Part shown: positions 1 to 13,955 of the stretch, in pieces
How positions within the stretch are numbered: position 1 is the first letter of the stretch
Layout: each line of letters opens with the position of its first letter
From: the human T2T-CHM13v2.0 reference genome, Homo sapiens
Direction of reading: 5' to 3'
Assembly (NCBI GenBank): GCA_009914755.4
Contig: CP068257.2
Span: 43,072,001-43,136,000 of the forward strand
DNA length: 64,000 nt
Translations under genes and position numbers: made by a program
Notes under the pieces: model-generated
Databases searched by the model: none
The model's input: the letters and a program-made list of their open reading frames with translations, nothing else
Told to the model about the DNA's origin: nothing

Positions 1-250
1 GTGGCTGCTCCTCAGACGTCTGCGTCAGCCTTTCCAGGGGCGGCCGCGGGGCCCCCGGGGGTCACTGCGACGGCCACATGCCAGCGGCCTAAGGCGGGGA
101 CAGAGGTGGCCCTGGCGGTCGCAGTGGGGAAGCTTCTGGTTGCTGCCTGCGGGAGGCAGGTGGCCCCTGGCAGGTTGGGCTGCAGCCGCTGGTTTATCTC
201 TTCATTTCCCTGATGGGCTTGGGCCCTGCGTGCAGGTGACAGGTGATAAC
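1..250. promoter_or_regulatory. CpG-rich GC-rich block at the window edge (possible promoter-proximal sequence of the upstream minus-strand gene)
   Basis: Dense CpG in the first 250 nt (gacgtctgcgtc, ggcggccgcgggg, gcgacggcc). Remembered gene spacing puts the TSPEAR 5' end about 57 kb upstream of the UBE2G2 3' end, i.e. here. No exon recognised. Confidence 0.3.
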
Positions 251-475
251 AATCTCGGCCCGGCCTGGGATTAGTCGCTGGCAAAGCACACTTTCCAAAA
301 GGAAAGACAGAAATAGATCTTGCTGCGGAGAGCTGAGAACAAGCCAGAGAAACTTAGGAGACCCGTTTCCCTCAGGCGCAGGCTCCCTGGGCTCACCGCC
401 TTTTAGGACCAGGGGCACAGGCGACCATGGCAGGCCGGGAGCGGGTGGGGCGGGTGCACTCTGGCTGGGGGTTTG

Positions 476-722
476 GGCAGCAGGTCCCCACAGTCTGCTG
501 GAGGGTCCCAGAGGCAGGTCGGGGCTCTGCTAGGGGGTCCTAGAGGCAGGTCGGGGCTCTGCTGTGGTGGGGAGGGGGGGTCCCAGAGGTAGGTCCTGTG
601 CTCTGCGGGGGGTGGGGGGTCCAGGCGGCAGGTCCTGGGCTCTGCCGGTGGGGGGTGGTCCTGGAGGCAGATCCCAGGCTCTGCTGGGGGTCTAGGCGGC
701 AGGTCCCGGGCTCTGCTGGGTC
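476..722. repeat. GC-rich minisatellite, ~33-38 bp unit x about 7 (ggtcccagaggcaggtcggggctctgctgggg)
   Basis: Direct tandem copies read in the sequence. Confidence 0.8.
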
Positions 723-1289
723 CCCCGGCGGCAGCGGCCGTCCATCCCCAGGAGGGGCTGGGCTCCCTCGGAGGGCTTTTTATCTGGTGCCCAGCCCTCC
801 CGAGGGTGTGTGGGTTTGTCAACTGTTGGGTTTCAGGAATTTCCCTCTGGAGGGAAGTCGGTCCTTAAAGGGAACAGCTAATGAGAAGGAGTGGGTGAGT
901 GTCCCTCAGGGAAGGGGCACGGCCATGGTCACTCATCCAGAGCCGAGGACCCTCGCATCTGACCTCTCGACACTGCAATGGGCATGCCACTCGAGGGGAG
1001 CAGCTATTAACTAGAAGTATTCTTTTTACAAAAGTGCCCTGCCCCCCTACCCTCTCCAAACAGCACTGAACGCAGCATTCTTGCAGAAATCTCCAACGCA
1101 ACTGGGTGCTGCGTTTCTGTGCCTGGTGTGGAGGCCCTGGCAAACTGGTCTGAGGCCGATGGCTTTCCCTGGTTCACAGGCCCACAAAGTGCACACACTC
1201 CTGCTAGTTTCAGAAGGAAGCCCCCACTCTGGGACCTCTGACACAATGAGTTTTCCAAGAGCATAGACCCTGTCATTAGGGCTTGTGGA

Positions 1290-1400
1290 GAGAGACAGAG
1301 ATGGAGGGAGGGAAGGAGAAAGGGGCCGAAGAGAGGGACAGAGACTGGGGAAAGACCTAGAGGGAGAGGGAGAAAGTGGGGAGGCACAGAGAGCTCCTGG
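1290..1400. repeat. GA-rich purine low-complexity tract
   Basis: gagagagacagagatggagggagggaaggagaaagggg... Confidence 0.6.
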
Positions 1401-2496
1401 GGCTCTGGAGGCTCTTCCCATAAACAGCCCCTGCGATGGGACAGGCTCATTCTGTCTCCCTCTTGCTTCCTCTTTTACCCGGCCCTGCCCCCAGGGATAT
1501 TAATTCATAGTTAATATTAATTCACAGATATTAATTCGTAGTCCTATTTATGAGGCTTGAGTTAACTGGCATCATATGAAGGGAGGTTGAAGGTCTCCCA
1601 TTGTATGTGACTCCTCTTCCAGCACCCAAGTGAGCCCTGGGGTGGGGTGTGCCTCCCTCACCCCCCAGGACCCCCTGCCAGCTCCGGTGGGCATGCAGTG
1701 CCAGGACAGAGGCTTCCTGAGTGGGCTCCCCACCCCACTGGGGCTCAGCAGCTGGAAACGCTCCACATAGCACCATTCCTGACAACCCTAACCTAATGAG
1801 GGACGACGTGGTTCCTCAGAGGAGCGAAAGGCCTGATCGTTGTGTAAATGGAATAAATGGAGTCTTCCTCTTTTGTGTCCCAATCCATGAGAACTTTGTC
1901 CTGGGCCAGGCCGCTCCCAGGCCAGCTGCGGGTCACAGTGGCCTCTGAGACCACGCCCCTGAGGGGATGGGGACTCCCCACAAATGATGGGCAGGTGGCA
2001 CTCCAGAGCTAATTTAAACAATCACAATTAAGCTGCCTTGAACCCTTCCGGCAAAATTTTTCTTATGTTACATTTGATGCAGTAGCACTAGTAATAGCCT
2101 CAAAGATAACTAAGGGTGAGCCAGTGGAAATCCTCCTCACATACGAAACTTCACAAAGATGTGCTGAGCGCAGGAGGAAAGCTCAGAGTTCCCTCCTCTA
2201 CAGCTCCCTGTGTGACCCTGGACAAGTCACTTACATTCTCCAAGGTTTAACTTCCACGTCTGTAAAATGTGCCTAGGAGGACATATGTGGTAGGACTGTC
2301 CTATAAATTAAGTGATAGCTATAACGTACCTAAATCAGCATTTCTGGAACCACGACCCAGGGAACACCAGCTCCAAAATGCTCGATGAGAAAAAGCAGGT
2401 GCATTTGCAGGTGGACTCCACAGCCCCTTCCTCAGGGACACAAGCTTGGCTCACCCACGCGGAGCTCTGAGACATCAGTGATCAGAAGCCTGCTTA

Positions 2497-2775
2497 GGCT
2501 GGGCGAGGTGGCACCCGCCTGAAATCCTAGCAGTTTGTGAGGCCGAACTGGGAAGATTGCTTGAACCGAGGAGTTCAAGACCAACAGTGACAACATAGTG
2601 AGCCTCCATGTCTACAAAAAATTCTAAAAATTGGCTGGACGTGATGGTGTGCACCTATAGTGCCAGCTACTCAGGAGGCTGAGATTGAAGGATCACTTGA
2701 GCCCAGGAGGTGGAGGTTGCCGTGAGCCATGATCATACCACTGCACTCCAGCCTGGGAGACAGAGGAAGACTGTC
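2497..2775 (+). mobile_element. Alu SINE, full length
   Basis: ggctgggcgaggtggcacccgcctg...ccactgcactccagcctgggagacagag, dimeric Alu structure. Confidence 0.9.
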
Positions 2776-2867
2776 GAGAGAGAAAGAAAGAGGAAGGAAG
2801 GAAGGAAGGAAAGAAGCAAGGGAGGGGAGGAGGGAGGGAGGCAGGGGAGGGGAGGGGAGGGGAAGGA
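2776..2867. repeat. (GGAA)n / GA-rich microsatellite
   Basis: aggaaggaaggaaggaa...ggggaggggaggggagg. Confidence 0.85.
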
Positions 2868-3250
2868 GTCCCCACCCAAATCTCATGTCAAATTGCAATT
2901 CCCACATGTTGAAGAAGGGGCCTGGTGGGAGGTGATTGGATCATGGGGGTGGTTTCCAATGCTTTAGCACCATCCGTCTTGTGCTGTCTCATGATGGAAT
3001 TCTCATGAGATCTGTTTCTTCAAAGGTATAGGGCATTCCCCTTTGCTCTCTCTCTCTCTCTCCTGCTCCACCTTGGTAAGATGTGCTGGCTTCCCCTTCA
3101 CCTTCCGCCATGATTGTAAGATTCCTGAGGTCTCCTAGCCATGTTTCCCGTTAAGCCTGTGGAACTGTGAGTCAATTAAACCTCTTTTCTTCGTAAATTA
3201 CCCAGTCTCAGGTAGTTCTTTATAGCGGTGTGAAAATAGACTAATCAAGA
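2868..3250 (+). mobile_element. MaLR LTR, MST/THE1-type, 5' end slightly truncated
   Basis: tccccacccaaatctcatgt...ggtgggaggtgattggatcatggggg...attacccagtctcaggtagttctttatagcggtgtgaaaatagactaatca, characteristic of THE1/MST LTRs. Confidence 0.75.
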
Positions 3251-3933
3251 AAGAAAGAGGAAAAGAAAAGAGAGAAATCCTCCACATCATGTGTATCAAA
3301 GTCTCATGGAGACGAATCCCCAGAACCCACTAAGAGAAATGCATGTGCAAAGAAGAAAGCATGTCCCTGCCATAACATCAGACATCAGAACTGAGCTTCA
3401 CTCCCGAGAAGCAGGTTGGGTAAGTGCTGCATTGTTAACAAGGGAATTCACGGGGCACCAGGCCCTCACAGCATAGGAAGGAACGGCAGCCCATCCCAGG
3501 TCTGCTAACTCTGCCTCCAAACGACAAAAGAGAAAATGTTCCAAGAACTTCCCCCAAACACATCCTGGTGCAGGCTGTCACTCAATTTGTCTGCTTCAAG
3601 GGAAATAGAGACGATCAATAGAAGAGGAGGAGGGCTCCATCTATCCTCTAAGGACACAGGTTGTTAATCAAGTCAGATCAGTAACAAACCCCAGGAGGTC
3701 ATCACGGGCTTCATCAAGCTGCAGAAGTAACCCTTAGTGTGTCATTGTTTGGCCAAAGGTGGCTGTGAAGTGTGTCCATGTCTTTAAATATTAAACATGC
3801 CCCAACCAGGGAACAATGCATTCTCCAAGAAAACAAGGAACAGAGCTCAAAGAGAAACTGAAAATGATAACTTTATGTTACAAAAATAACACTCTTACAT
3901 TCACTCCTCCAGTTTTGTGTTTTATTAAACTAA

Positions 3934-4198
<265 letters not shown>

Positions 4199-4389
4199 TT
4201 TAATAATTTAAAGACACAAAATTCTTCCAGGATACACCATCACTTGGTATATAATGACCACTGTTGTATGACATTTGAAAAGGTATCTAAAAAAAAGAGA
4301 AGGCACACACGTGGTGTTTGACAATGAGTTTAGATAGACTGGGGAGTACTTGGCAAGCCTGGACAATGAGCATTAGCCAACTCTCTGGG

Positions 4390-4770
4390 TGATATGGCCT
4401 GGCTCTGAGTCTCCACCCAAATCTCATGTTGAATTATAATTCCCAGTGTTAGAGGAGGGACCTGGTGGGAGGTGACTGAATCATGATGGTGGATTTCCCC
4501 CGTGCTTTTCCCGTGGTAGTGAGTGAGTTCTCAGGAGAGCTGATGGTTTAAAAGTGTGTGGTGCTTCCCTCCCTTGCTCTCTCTCTCCTGCTCCACCGTG
4601 GTAAGACGTGCTTGCTTCCCCTTCACCTTCCACCATGATTGTAAGTTTCCTGAGGCCTTCCATTCATGCTTCCTGTTAAGCCTGTGGAACTGTGAGTCAA
4701 ATAAACCTCTTCATAGATTACCCAGTCTCAGGTAGTTCTTTATAGCAGTGTGAGAATGAACTAATACACT
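4390..4770 (+). mobile_element. MaLR LTR, MST/THE1-type, complete
   Basis: Starts tgatatggcctggctctgagtctccacccaaatctcatgttgaatt, ends ttatagcagtgtgagaatgaactaatacac. Confidence 0.8.
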
Positions 4771-5168
4771 GGGGTTATATGCTGTTGGGCCAGGCCATCC
4801 AAGGCTGGGCTCCCCATCATTGAGCAGTTGGCTCCATCAGTCACTGAGTCAACTGACCAGGCACAAGTGAGGTCCATTGTCTCCAGAAAATGCAGGCTAG
4901 AATTCCAATTTGAAAGTCATTTAGATCTCATTAGTTATTTAATAAGAGAATAAGAGATTATTTTCTCACATAAAGAGTTCTCTTTTTTTTCAAACAAGAA
5001 ATACTGTAGGTCTTTTATATTACTAAGAACAACATAATTATTAATCTTGACCTCCAAGGAGAGGAAATTTTGGCTCTTAAAATCTAACACTAGAATCTGA
5101 CCCTTGACCCATTACATTAGGGTTCCCATTTATTTTTTTTTTCTTTTGAAGAGATCCTTAAATAGTAG

Positions 5169-5453
<285 letters not shown>

Positions 5454-8400
5454 TAAAATGTTCATTTAGTCAGCAATATTTTCTTTGAGACTTTATGGGT
5501 CTTAAAATACAATTTTTATTCTAATGCTCACTAAACTTGGAGACAATTTTTGAATTACAATTTTTAGACTTTTTTGCTATTGAATTGTATGTGTCTATTT
5601 AGATCTCTCTTCCATCTGGAATGTGATTTTGCATATGGAATGCAGTGAATCTAACTCTGTTTCCAGAAAGTCATTATGCACATTCCATTTATTACATACT
5701 TCTTTCCCACCAACTTGAAATGTCACATTTATGATTAATTAGGCTTCTATATATACTTGGATCTATTCCATTAATCTTGGCTCTATTCCATTAATCTTGG
5801 CTCTATTTATCTCTGTCAATTTCCTTTGCCAGCATTATATTATTTTAATAACAGTATTTATAGTAAGGGTTCATACTGATAATATATGCATTAGTTTCCC
5901 TTTTCAAAAATGTGTTAGAAATTATAACATACTTACTCTTCCACATGGACTTTAAAAATTATTGGTTTCCATCTGCACCTCCCAAATCAAAATCAAACAA
6001 GGAAAAAACACTATAGAAATACCTATTAGAATGGCAATACCTCCATAGATTAATTTGAGAATGATGGACATTTTTATCTCAGATGGACATTTTTATGATA
6101 TGAAGTCTTCCCGCTGAAGATATCTGTTTATTCCAATCTTCAATTATTTTTTTAAATTATAGTTATGACTGTAGAGGTCCTGTATTTTCTCTGTAAAGTT
6201 CTTCCTATAAATTTCTTTGTGATTTTATCATTATTGTAAACATATTCCCCCATTTCTATTTGTAATTGGTTATTGCTTGTATAAAGAAAATTGTTTCATT
6301 TTGTATAGTTATATCTAGCAACCTTGAAGTTACTATGTGATTTTAGAATCTCTTGTTTTTCTAGGATAAATAATTTTCCTCTTCAGTTTTACTATGTGTA
6401 CCAATAGATTTGTTTTCTTATTTTATAGCATGAACTAGAGCCTTCAAAACAAATGTTGAAAATAGTGGCAATAGTAGACTTCTTATTTCATTCCAAATTT
6501 CAATGGTAATGGCTGTGGGGTTTGGTAGTCATTAACATATTAAAGAATTTTCCCTCTTTTCCTCTCAGAGTAGGAATGGCTGCTGAATTTTCTTAAATGC
6601 TGTTGCACGTCAGTTGATATGGTTTCACATTTCCAATTTTAGTTGTTAATGGAATTAATTACAAGTATTGCTTTCCTAATGCTGAACCTCCTTACATTCC
6701 TGGAATAGATTACACAGAGTGAGGATGCATTTTTCTTTTAATATACTGCTGAGTTCAGTCTGATGTCGCCTTTATACACATTCTTCTCTTCTTAGTGCTC
6801 TTTCCAGGCAGTCCCCTCAGGCTTTGGTCTTCCCTAAATGCAGAGATTAAGAAATGGGTGCCACAGCCCACCCCTCTCCACTGAGGTGGGAAATGTTTCC
6901 CATCTCAAAAATGACCCCCCATCCACGGGTTCAGGCTAGAAATCCTCAAGTCATCCTTGGCATCTCTCTCAGAAAGACCCACTGAGTTTAACCTCAAGCA
7001 CTCCTGCTCTCCTTCCTGGCCACCTTCCTGGTCCAGCCACTTTCGTTGCCCATAGCCTTCACTGCCCAATAGTCTCCCACATCTCCTTCAGGTCCCCTGG
7101 ATCTATTCAGAGCAGTCTCTGCAAAACCCAGAACTGGTTAGGCCAGAACTCCCTTCAAGGACTTCTGGTTGCCCCCAGAATAAAGACGACATTCCAGGAT
7201 GTGACCTATAGGGCCCTGGAGTGGTCTCGCCTGCCACCCAGCTGCAATTTCAGCCCTGCACCTGCCCTCCCTTTTATGCTGCAGCCACTAGGGTCTCCCA
7301 GGCACGCATCCATGATGAGCTTCCACCTACCAAGGCTGCCCCCAGGCTGGGCCCTCTCCCTGAACACCCTTCCTCTGTCCCCATCCCAATTAACTCCTCT
7401 GCGGAAAGCCACCCCATTAGGAGCTCTCACTGCACTATGTGCTGCCCCTACTTCAGGGTGGTGGTTTTCATCCCTTGTTTAGGTGATCATTGTGTGTGTT
7501 TTTGCCCAGACTGGAAGCTCCAGGTGGCCCAGACCATGCTTCTTTAGGTTCAGCCTTGTATCTTCAGTGCCTGCCATTCAATAAATGTGTAACCAATCAG
7601 TGAATGAACTCATTATCTTGACTGTGGGCTGATACTAAGATTATGCTAGCTTTATAAAATTAATTGGAGTGCTTTTCATGCTTTTATATGGTCTAGAATA
7701 TTTTGGCTAATAAAATTTGTTTCTTAAAGATAAACTGGAACTCGTTTGTGAAAACTTTTGAGCCTTCTTCACCTTGCAACATTTAAAACACTTTTCCAGC
7801 CTACAGAAAATTTGACAAACACTCTTCACCCCAATGCACTGCTAGTTACTACTTTGTCACATTTGCTTTCTCTCTCATGTCTACATGTGCCCATGTAAAC
7901 TCTTTTTTGTTGTTGAATCATTTAGATGTAAATTATTAACATGATTTTCACTCTTAGATATCTCTGCACTGTCACCTCAAAATAAGGACACTCCAAATTT
8001 CTACAATAAGATTATCACATCTAAGAAAAATATCGTTGATCCCATAAAAATAGCTAATATACACTCTACATTTCAATTCCAGCTGGGGACTCTTCAGGTG
8101 GTAAATGCTTTAAACTTTCATATTTCTGTTATGATTATTGGTTTATTCTGGTTTTTTACTCTTTCATGAGATAATAGTGATGACATAGTTTTCTGGAAAA
8201 TCACCTACTTCCTCCAAATTTTCAAATTTATTAACAAATAATTAACATAAAATGTCCTTAAAATAAATCTCTTCTGCATCTGCAATTCTGTTTTCTCATA
8301 TTTAATGTTGCATATTTTTGTGTTCTGTCCTTCTTCCTTTTCTCATGAGTTTATCTATGAGTCTTTTGAATACCCAAGTTTTCTAGATGTATGTTAAAAT

Positions 8401-9695
8401 TATGTTTTACCAAGCCCTTAGATATTCTGTTTTTCCCCTGGACCTGATATTTTATTAGCTTTATAATTCTTCCTTTCAGTTTTTGATCTTTAATACATTT
8501 AGACATATTTTAAGTACTTGGGTCCAGGTCTTACCCTGCTTTTTCTCCATATAGTAGACAGTTTTACCAACATTGCCTACAATTTGTGTGTGTTTGTGTG
8601 AGTGCGTATGTTTCTGAGCTCTCTATTCTGTTCCATTTCTCTCTGTAATTCTGTCTATTGTTGTATTATAAATTCCGATGCTATATTGTTAGGTGTATAT
8701 ATGTTCATGATCATTAAATACTCTCCATTTCTTTTTCCCTGGTTGGCACATAACATTCCTCTTTATCCCTGAAGCTCTCCTGAGCAACTCTAGCTCTGCC
8801 TCGGCCCTCACTCCACCAACATTCACAGGGTTTGATGTCCCTGTCACTTGTCTCTGCTTTCACTCACCAGACACCACCATACAGATTTCCACCTGACAAA
8901 AAAAAGTACCACAAGAGCCTACAGGAGGGGTATGGCTTTGAGGAGTTGGTGAAAGAGTCACAAAATGGGAGACATTTGAACCAGTCCTGAAATAGAGATA
9001 CTTTGTAAATCTCCATGGTAAGGAGCCCAGGATTAACTAATTAATTTCATGTCAAATAGAACCTAATGCCCAGCTTATCTCCACCCTCTGCTTTTCCTCT
9101 TAATCACCTCTTTTCACTAGACTGAAAGGAGTGGTACTATAAAATAGCATTCATCATATTGAACCAAGTGAGTAAAGAAAAATATGCTGGACATAAACTG
9201 AGTCCCACACTCTCAGGAAAGCTACCCCCTTTTCCACGGGTCCAGGACTGCCTGCTCAGAGCCCATGAGAAGTATCCTCAGAGAAAGTGCCTTCATTTGG
9301 AAAATTAATGATGCTCTCACATTTGCTAGTGTGAGGGTTAATTTTATGTGTCAGCTTGGCTAGGCCATGGGACCCAGATATTTGGTCAAACATGCCTGGA
9401 TATTGTTGTGAAGGTATTTTTTAGATGAGATTAATATTTAAATCAGGAGACTTTGAGAAAAGCAGATTATCTCCATCATGTGGGTGGGCCTCTTCCAATC
9501 AACTGAAAGCCTTGTGAAAAAGATTGACCTCCCCATGAAGAAGAGGGAATTCTGCCAGAAGTTGGCCTTCAGATTCGAACTGCTGTACCAACTCTTGCCT
9601 GGATCTCCAGCTTGCTGAACTCACCTGCAGATTTTGGACTTGCCAGCCCCCACAATCACATAAGGCAATTCCTTAAAATAAATCACTCATATATG

Positions 9696-9698
<3 letters not shown>

Positions 9699-9732
<34 letters not shown>
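9699..9732. repeat. (AC)n microsatellite
   Basis: Perfect AC run. Confidence 0.95.
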
Positions 9733-9734
<2 letters not shown>

Positions 9735-9775
9735 GGAAGTGGGTGATTTTCCAGAAAAATATGTCATAGATAGAT

Positions 9776-9776
<1 letters not shown>

Positions 9777-9812
<36 letters not shown>

Positions 9813-9822
9813 GGCCGGGCGC
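9777..9822. repeat. (GATA)n tetranucleotide STR
   Basis: gatagatagatagata... Confidence 0.95.
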
Positions 9823-10107
9823 AGTGGCTCATGCCTGTATTCTGAGCACTTTGGGAGGCCGAGGTGGGTGGATCACCTGAGGTCAGGAATTCGAGACCAG
9901 CCTGGCCAACATGGCGAAACCCCGTCTCTACTAAAATTACAAAAATTAGCCTGGCCTGGTGGCATGCACCTGTAGTCCCAGCTACTCAGGAGGCTGAGGC
10001 AGGAGAATAGCTTGAACCCAGGAGGCAGAGGTTACAGTGAGCTGAGATTGCACCACTGCACTCCAGCCTGGATGACAGAGTGAGACTCTGTCTCAAAAAT
10101 AAATAAA
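9823..10107 (+). mobile_element. Alu SINE inserted into the GATA STR
   Basis: ggccgggcgcagtggctcatgcctgta...A-rich tail, then gatagatag again (target-site duplication). Confidence 0.95.
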
Positions 10108-10212
10108 TACATAAAAAGATAGATAGGGCAGTGCTTCTGAAATTATTTTCCAACATACACGCTAAGGTAGGGCGGGGAGAGTGGAGGAGGTGGAGGAAGA
10201 GGAGGGGGTTGA

Positions 10213-11037
<825 letters not shown>

Positions 11038-11619
11038 GGGATCTGTTTTCAATGGACCCCCTTCCTTCAGTAGGTTGAGACATGAATTAGGCATTTATTT
11101 ACTGTTTTCCACAATATTCTGCTCTATAATAATATCCCATAAATTTCTATGAGACTCTTTAGTATGAACTCAGCCCAGACAAACCCTTTCCAAGGACTCA
11201 GTAAATTATGTCACACTTGCAACTTAAGGAGGGCCCTGGAGTTTCTCTTTGAAGATTCTGGGCTCTGCCACATTTGTCCACAGTCGGTCTGACGTCCATG
11301 TGTGGAAGGCAGGTGTGGAGTGGCTGAGGGGGCCACGCGCTCCAGGAAGACAGAAGGCAGCTACTGTTGGCGGGGGAGGGGTGGGTAAAGCCTTCCTGCA
11401 TCTCTACCTATGACATCTCCACAGGCAAAACTCCCCTGCCCCCAGCGCAGGTCATCATTTCTACAATCATTTACTGCTGGAGACAAAATCTCCAAAGGAC
11501 TGACTCAACAGTATGTTCTCTTGCAGAGAATCAAGGGAATAGGGGTAAGAAAGAACTATTTTCCTCCTTTTCCCTCAATCACTGACTTTTGGCTTATTTC
11601 AAATACCAACATCTGCATC

Positions 11620-12560
11620 GGTGCAAGCATTCGACCGAGTTTTCTTAGCTCGTTAGGGAAAGGAAGCCGACGTTCAGTTGGCGAGGCTTTCTGGTCTAAA
11701 GGCACAGGCAAGGGAGTGTTGGCCATTTGTCTCCTAGACGACCAGGCGGCCTCAGCCACGGTGGAGGCCACCGGCGCGCCTTCCCCTCGGGTTCACCAAG
11801 CCTGTCATTTTCAGCCTGCCCGAGGCAAAGCCCACCCTACCCAGCCAAGCATGTTCTTAAAATTCTTTACAGATTAACCCACGTGAATCTAAACCCGGTA
11901 GAGGCAAACGCTTTCCCTTCCACTGTGCGCTGCGTTGTAATTTACCCCAACGACCTGTTGAAAAGACCAAGGGAGCTTAGCAACCAGCCGTCCCCAGGGC
12001 CCCGGGGGGAAGCTGCAATTACCGGGTGCGAGGCCGGCGGGGCCGCAGCCCCCACTTCAAAGGCGCGGGAGGAGCCGAGGGAGGCGGAGCTGTAATTAGT
12101 GCGGGCCCCGCCGGGCGACCACGGGCCTGCTCACGCCTCGCGGCCTCCGAGGAGCAAGGAAAGGCCCGCGTGGGAGCGAAGAGCCAGGGAGGAACAAAGA
12201 CGCCTCCTGTTTGATGTGAATCACCCAGAACTAGGGAAGGGAGGCGGGCGCACCTCTCCCGCCCAGTCCCTGCAGAGTCAGGGCGCAGAAGGAAGCCTGG
12301 CTCAGGGGCGATGGCGTGGGACGGCGACCCCGCCCTGCCCGTGCTCCCCCAGCGCCTGAAGCAGGATGGAGATGCCCTGGTCTGCCCCCGGCCAGGCTCC
12401 CTGGACGCTTTGGGATCTGCGGACACAGGGCCTGGACTGGCCACATCCCTGCTCCCAGACAGAGCACAGACCCCGCTGGGGCCCGCCCTGGGTGTCCGCA
12501 TAGGGAGGGGGCTGGAGAGCAGGAGCCCCCCCGCGCCGCGCCTAAGGGGACCAGGAGCCA
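11620..12560. promoter_or_regulatory. Orphan CpG island, candidate unannotated promoter
   Basis: About 1 kb with very high CpG density in an otherwise CpG-depleted neighbourhood (ggccggcggggccgcag, aggcgcgggaggagccgagggaggcgg, ccccgccgggcgaccacgg). No Alu or L1 inside. Two copies of AGCTG(C/T)AATTA about 80 bp apart at about 12011 and 12089. Confidence 0.55.
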
Positions 12561-13116
12561 TGGGGAGGATGCTGTGGGGAAGCTTCCAGAAGGACCCACC
12601 CAGGGAGACGGAAGGGTGGGATTCAAGGTGGCCGACCACCAGCCACCTGCCTGATGGCTTGTTGATCCCAGACTGCCTCCAAGTATTCTGGCCTCCATAT
12701 TGGTGTGCTACGCTTGTTATCTTAAGGTGTTTTTAAAACCCGGTTTTCTAAGGACACAGATGCAGGATGTGCCCTCCGGCAGCCAGGTGCTGACTGGGGC
12801 TCAGGGTCTGTGTGGGTGGGTGCGGCTGTGAGTGTGGACGGGCGTGTGTGTAGGAGTGACTTCCTAGAATGAATCCAAGAGGAGCCTCTTTGGGGAAGGT
12901 GGTGGGGCCAGGTGGGAAGGCTCTGGCTCTGTGGGGAAGGTGGTGGGGCCAGGTGAGAAGGCTCTGGCTCTGTGCACATTTCTGTAATATCTAAATATTC
13001 CAGGTTTCAATCATGAATTACTTCTTTTCTAGAAGGACCAAAAGGGATCATTTGCGATTATGAGCTATTTTTCTTCTTATGATTTTCTAGTACATTTTTA
13101 AAAATCTGATAAAGTG

Positions 13117-13417
<301 letters not shown>

Positions 13418-13435
13418 TCTTAAACTAGGACTATG

Positions 13436-13732
13436 CTTTTGGAGCATGTCGCAGGGATCTGAGGCTTGGGGTAAGCGTCGGAGACTGGCTCATTTGGAGC
13501 TTTTGGAGCATGTCGCAGGGATCTGAGGCCTGGGGTAAGCCTCGGAGACTGGCTCATTTGGAGCTTTTAAAGCGTGTCGCGGGGACCTGAGTCCTCACAG
13601 ACTGGCTCATTTGGAGCTTTTGAAGCGTGTTGCGGGGACCTGAGTCCTCGGAGACTGGCTCATTTGGAGCTTTTGGAGTGTGTCGCGGGGACCTGGGGCC
13701 TGGGGTAAGCCTTGGAGACTGGCTCATTTGGA
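13436..13732. repeat. Minisatellite, ~57-60 bp unit x about 5 (gactggctcatttggagcttttggagcatgtcgcagggatctgaggcctggggtaagcctcgga)
   Basis: Direct tandem copies with CpG-containing variants. Confidence 0.85.
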
Positions 13733-13839
13733 AAGGGCTCACCAGGCTGCAGTCACTGTGTGGACTTCCCCAAGGGCCACCCTGTGCCCTGCTTAACATT
13801 TTGCCAAAGACAGAAATGGCAAGTTCAAAAAAGTGAGGT

Positions 13840-13955
13840 TGACAAAGTGAAGTGATAACCCACAGAATCAAAGAAAATATTTGCAAACTATCCATATGGC
13901 AAGGGATTCATAACCCAAATATATGAGGAGCTCAGACAACTCAATGGCCAAAAAA
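13840..13955 (+). mobile_element. L1 ORF2 3' region fragment, part A (interrupted by Alu)
   Basis: aaaatatttgcaaactatccatatggcaagggattcataacccaaatatatgaggagctcagacaactcaatggccaaaaaaa matches L1 ORF2. Confidence 0.7.

Noticed and set aside
12311-12736. 141-aa ORF (MAWDGDPALPVLPQRLKQDGDALVCP...) starting inside the CpG island
   Set aside because: No recognisable protein family. Cannot support as coding from sequence alone. Retained only as a note under the CpG-island finding.
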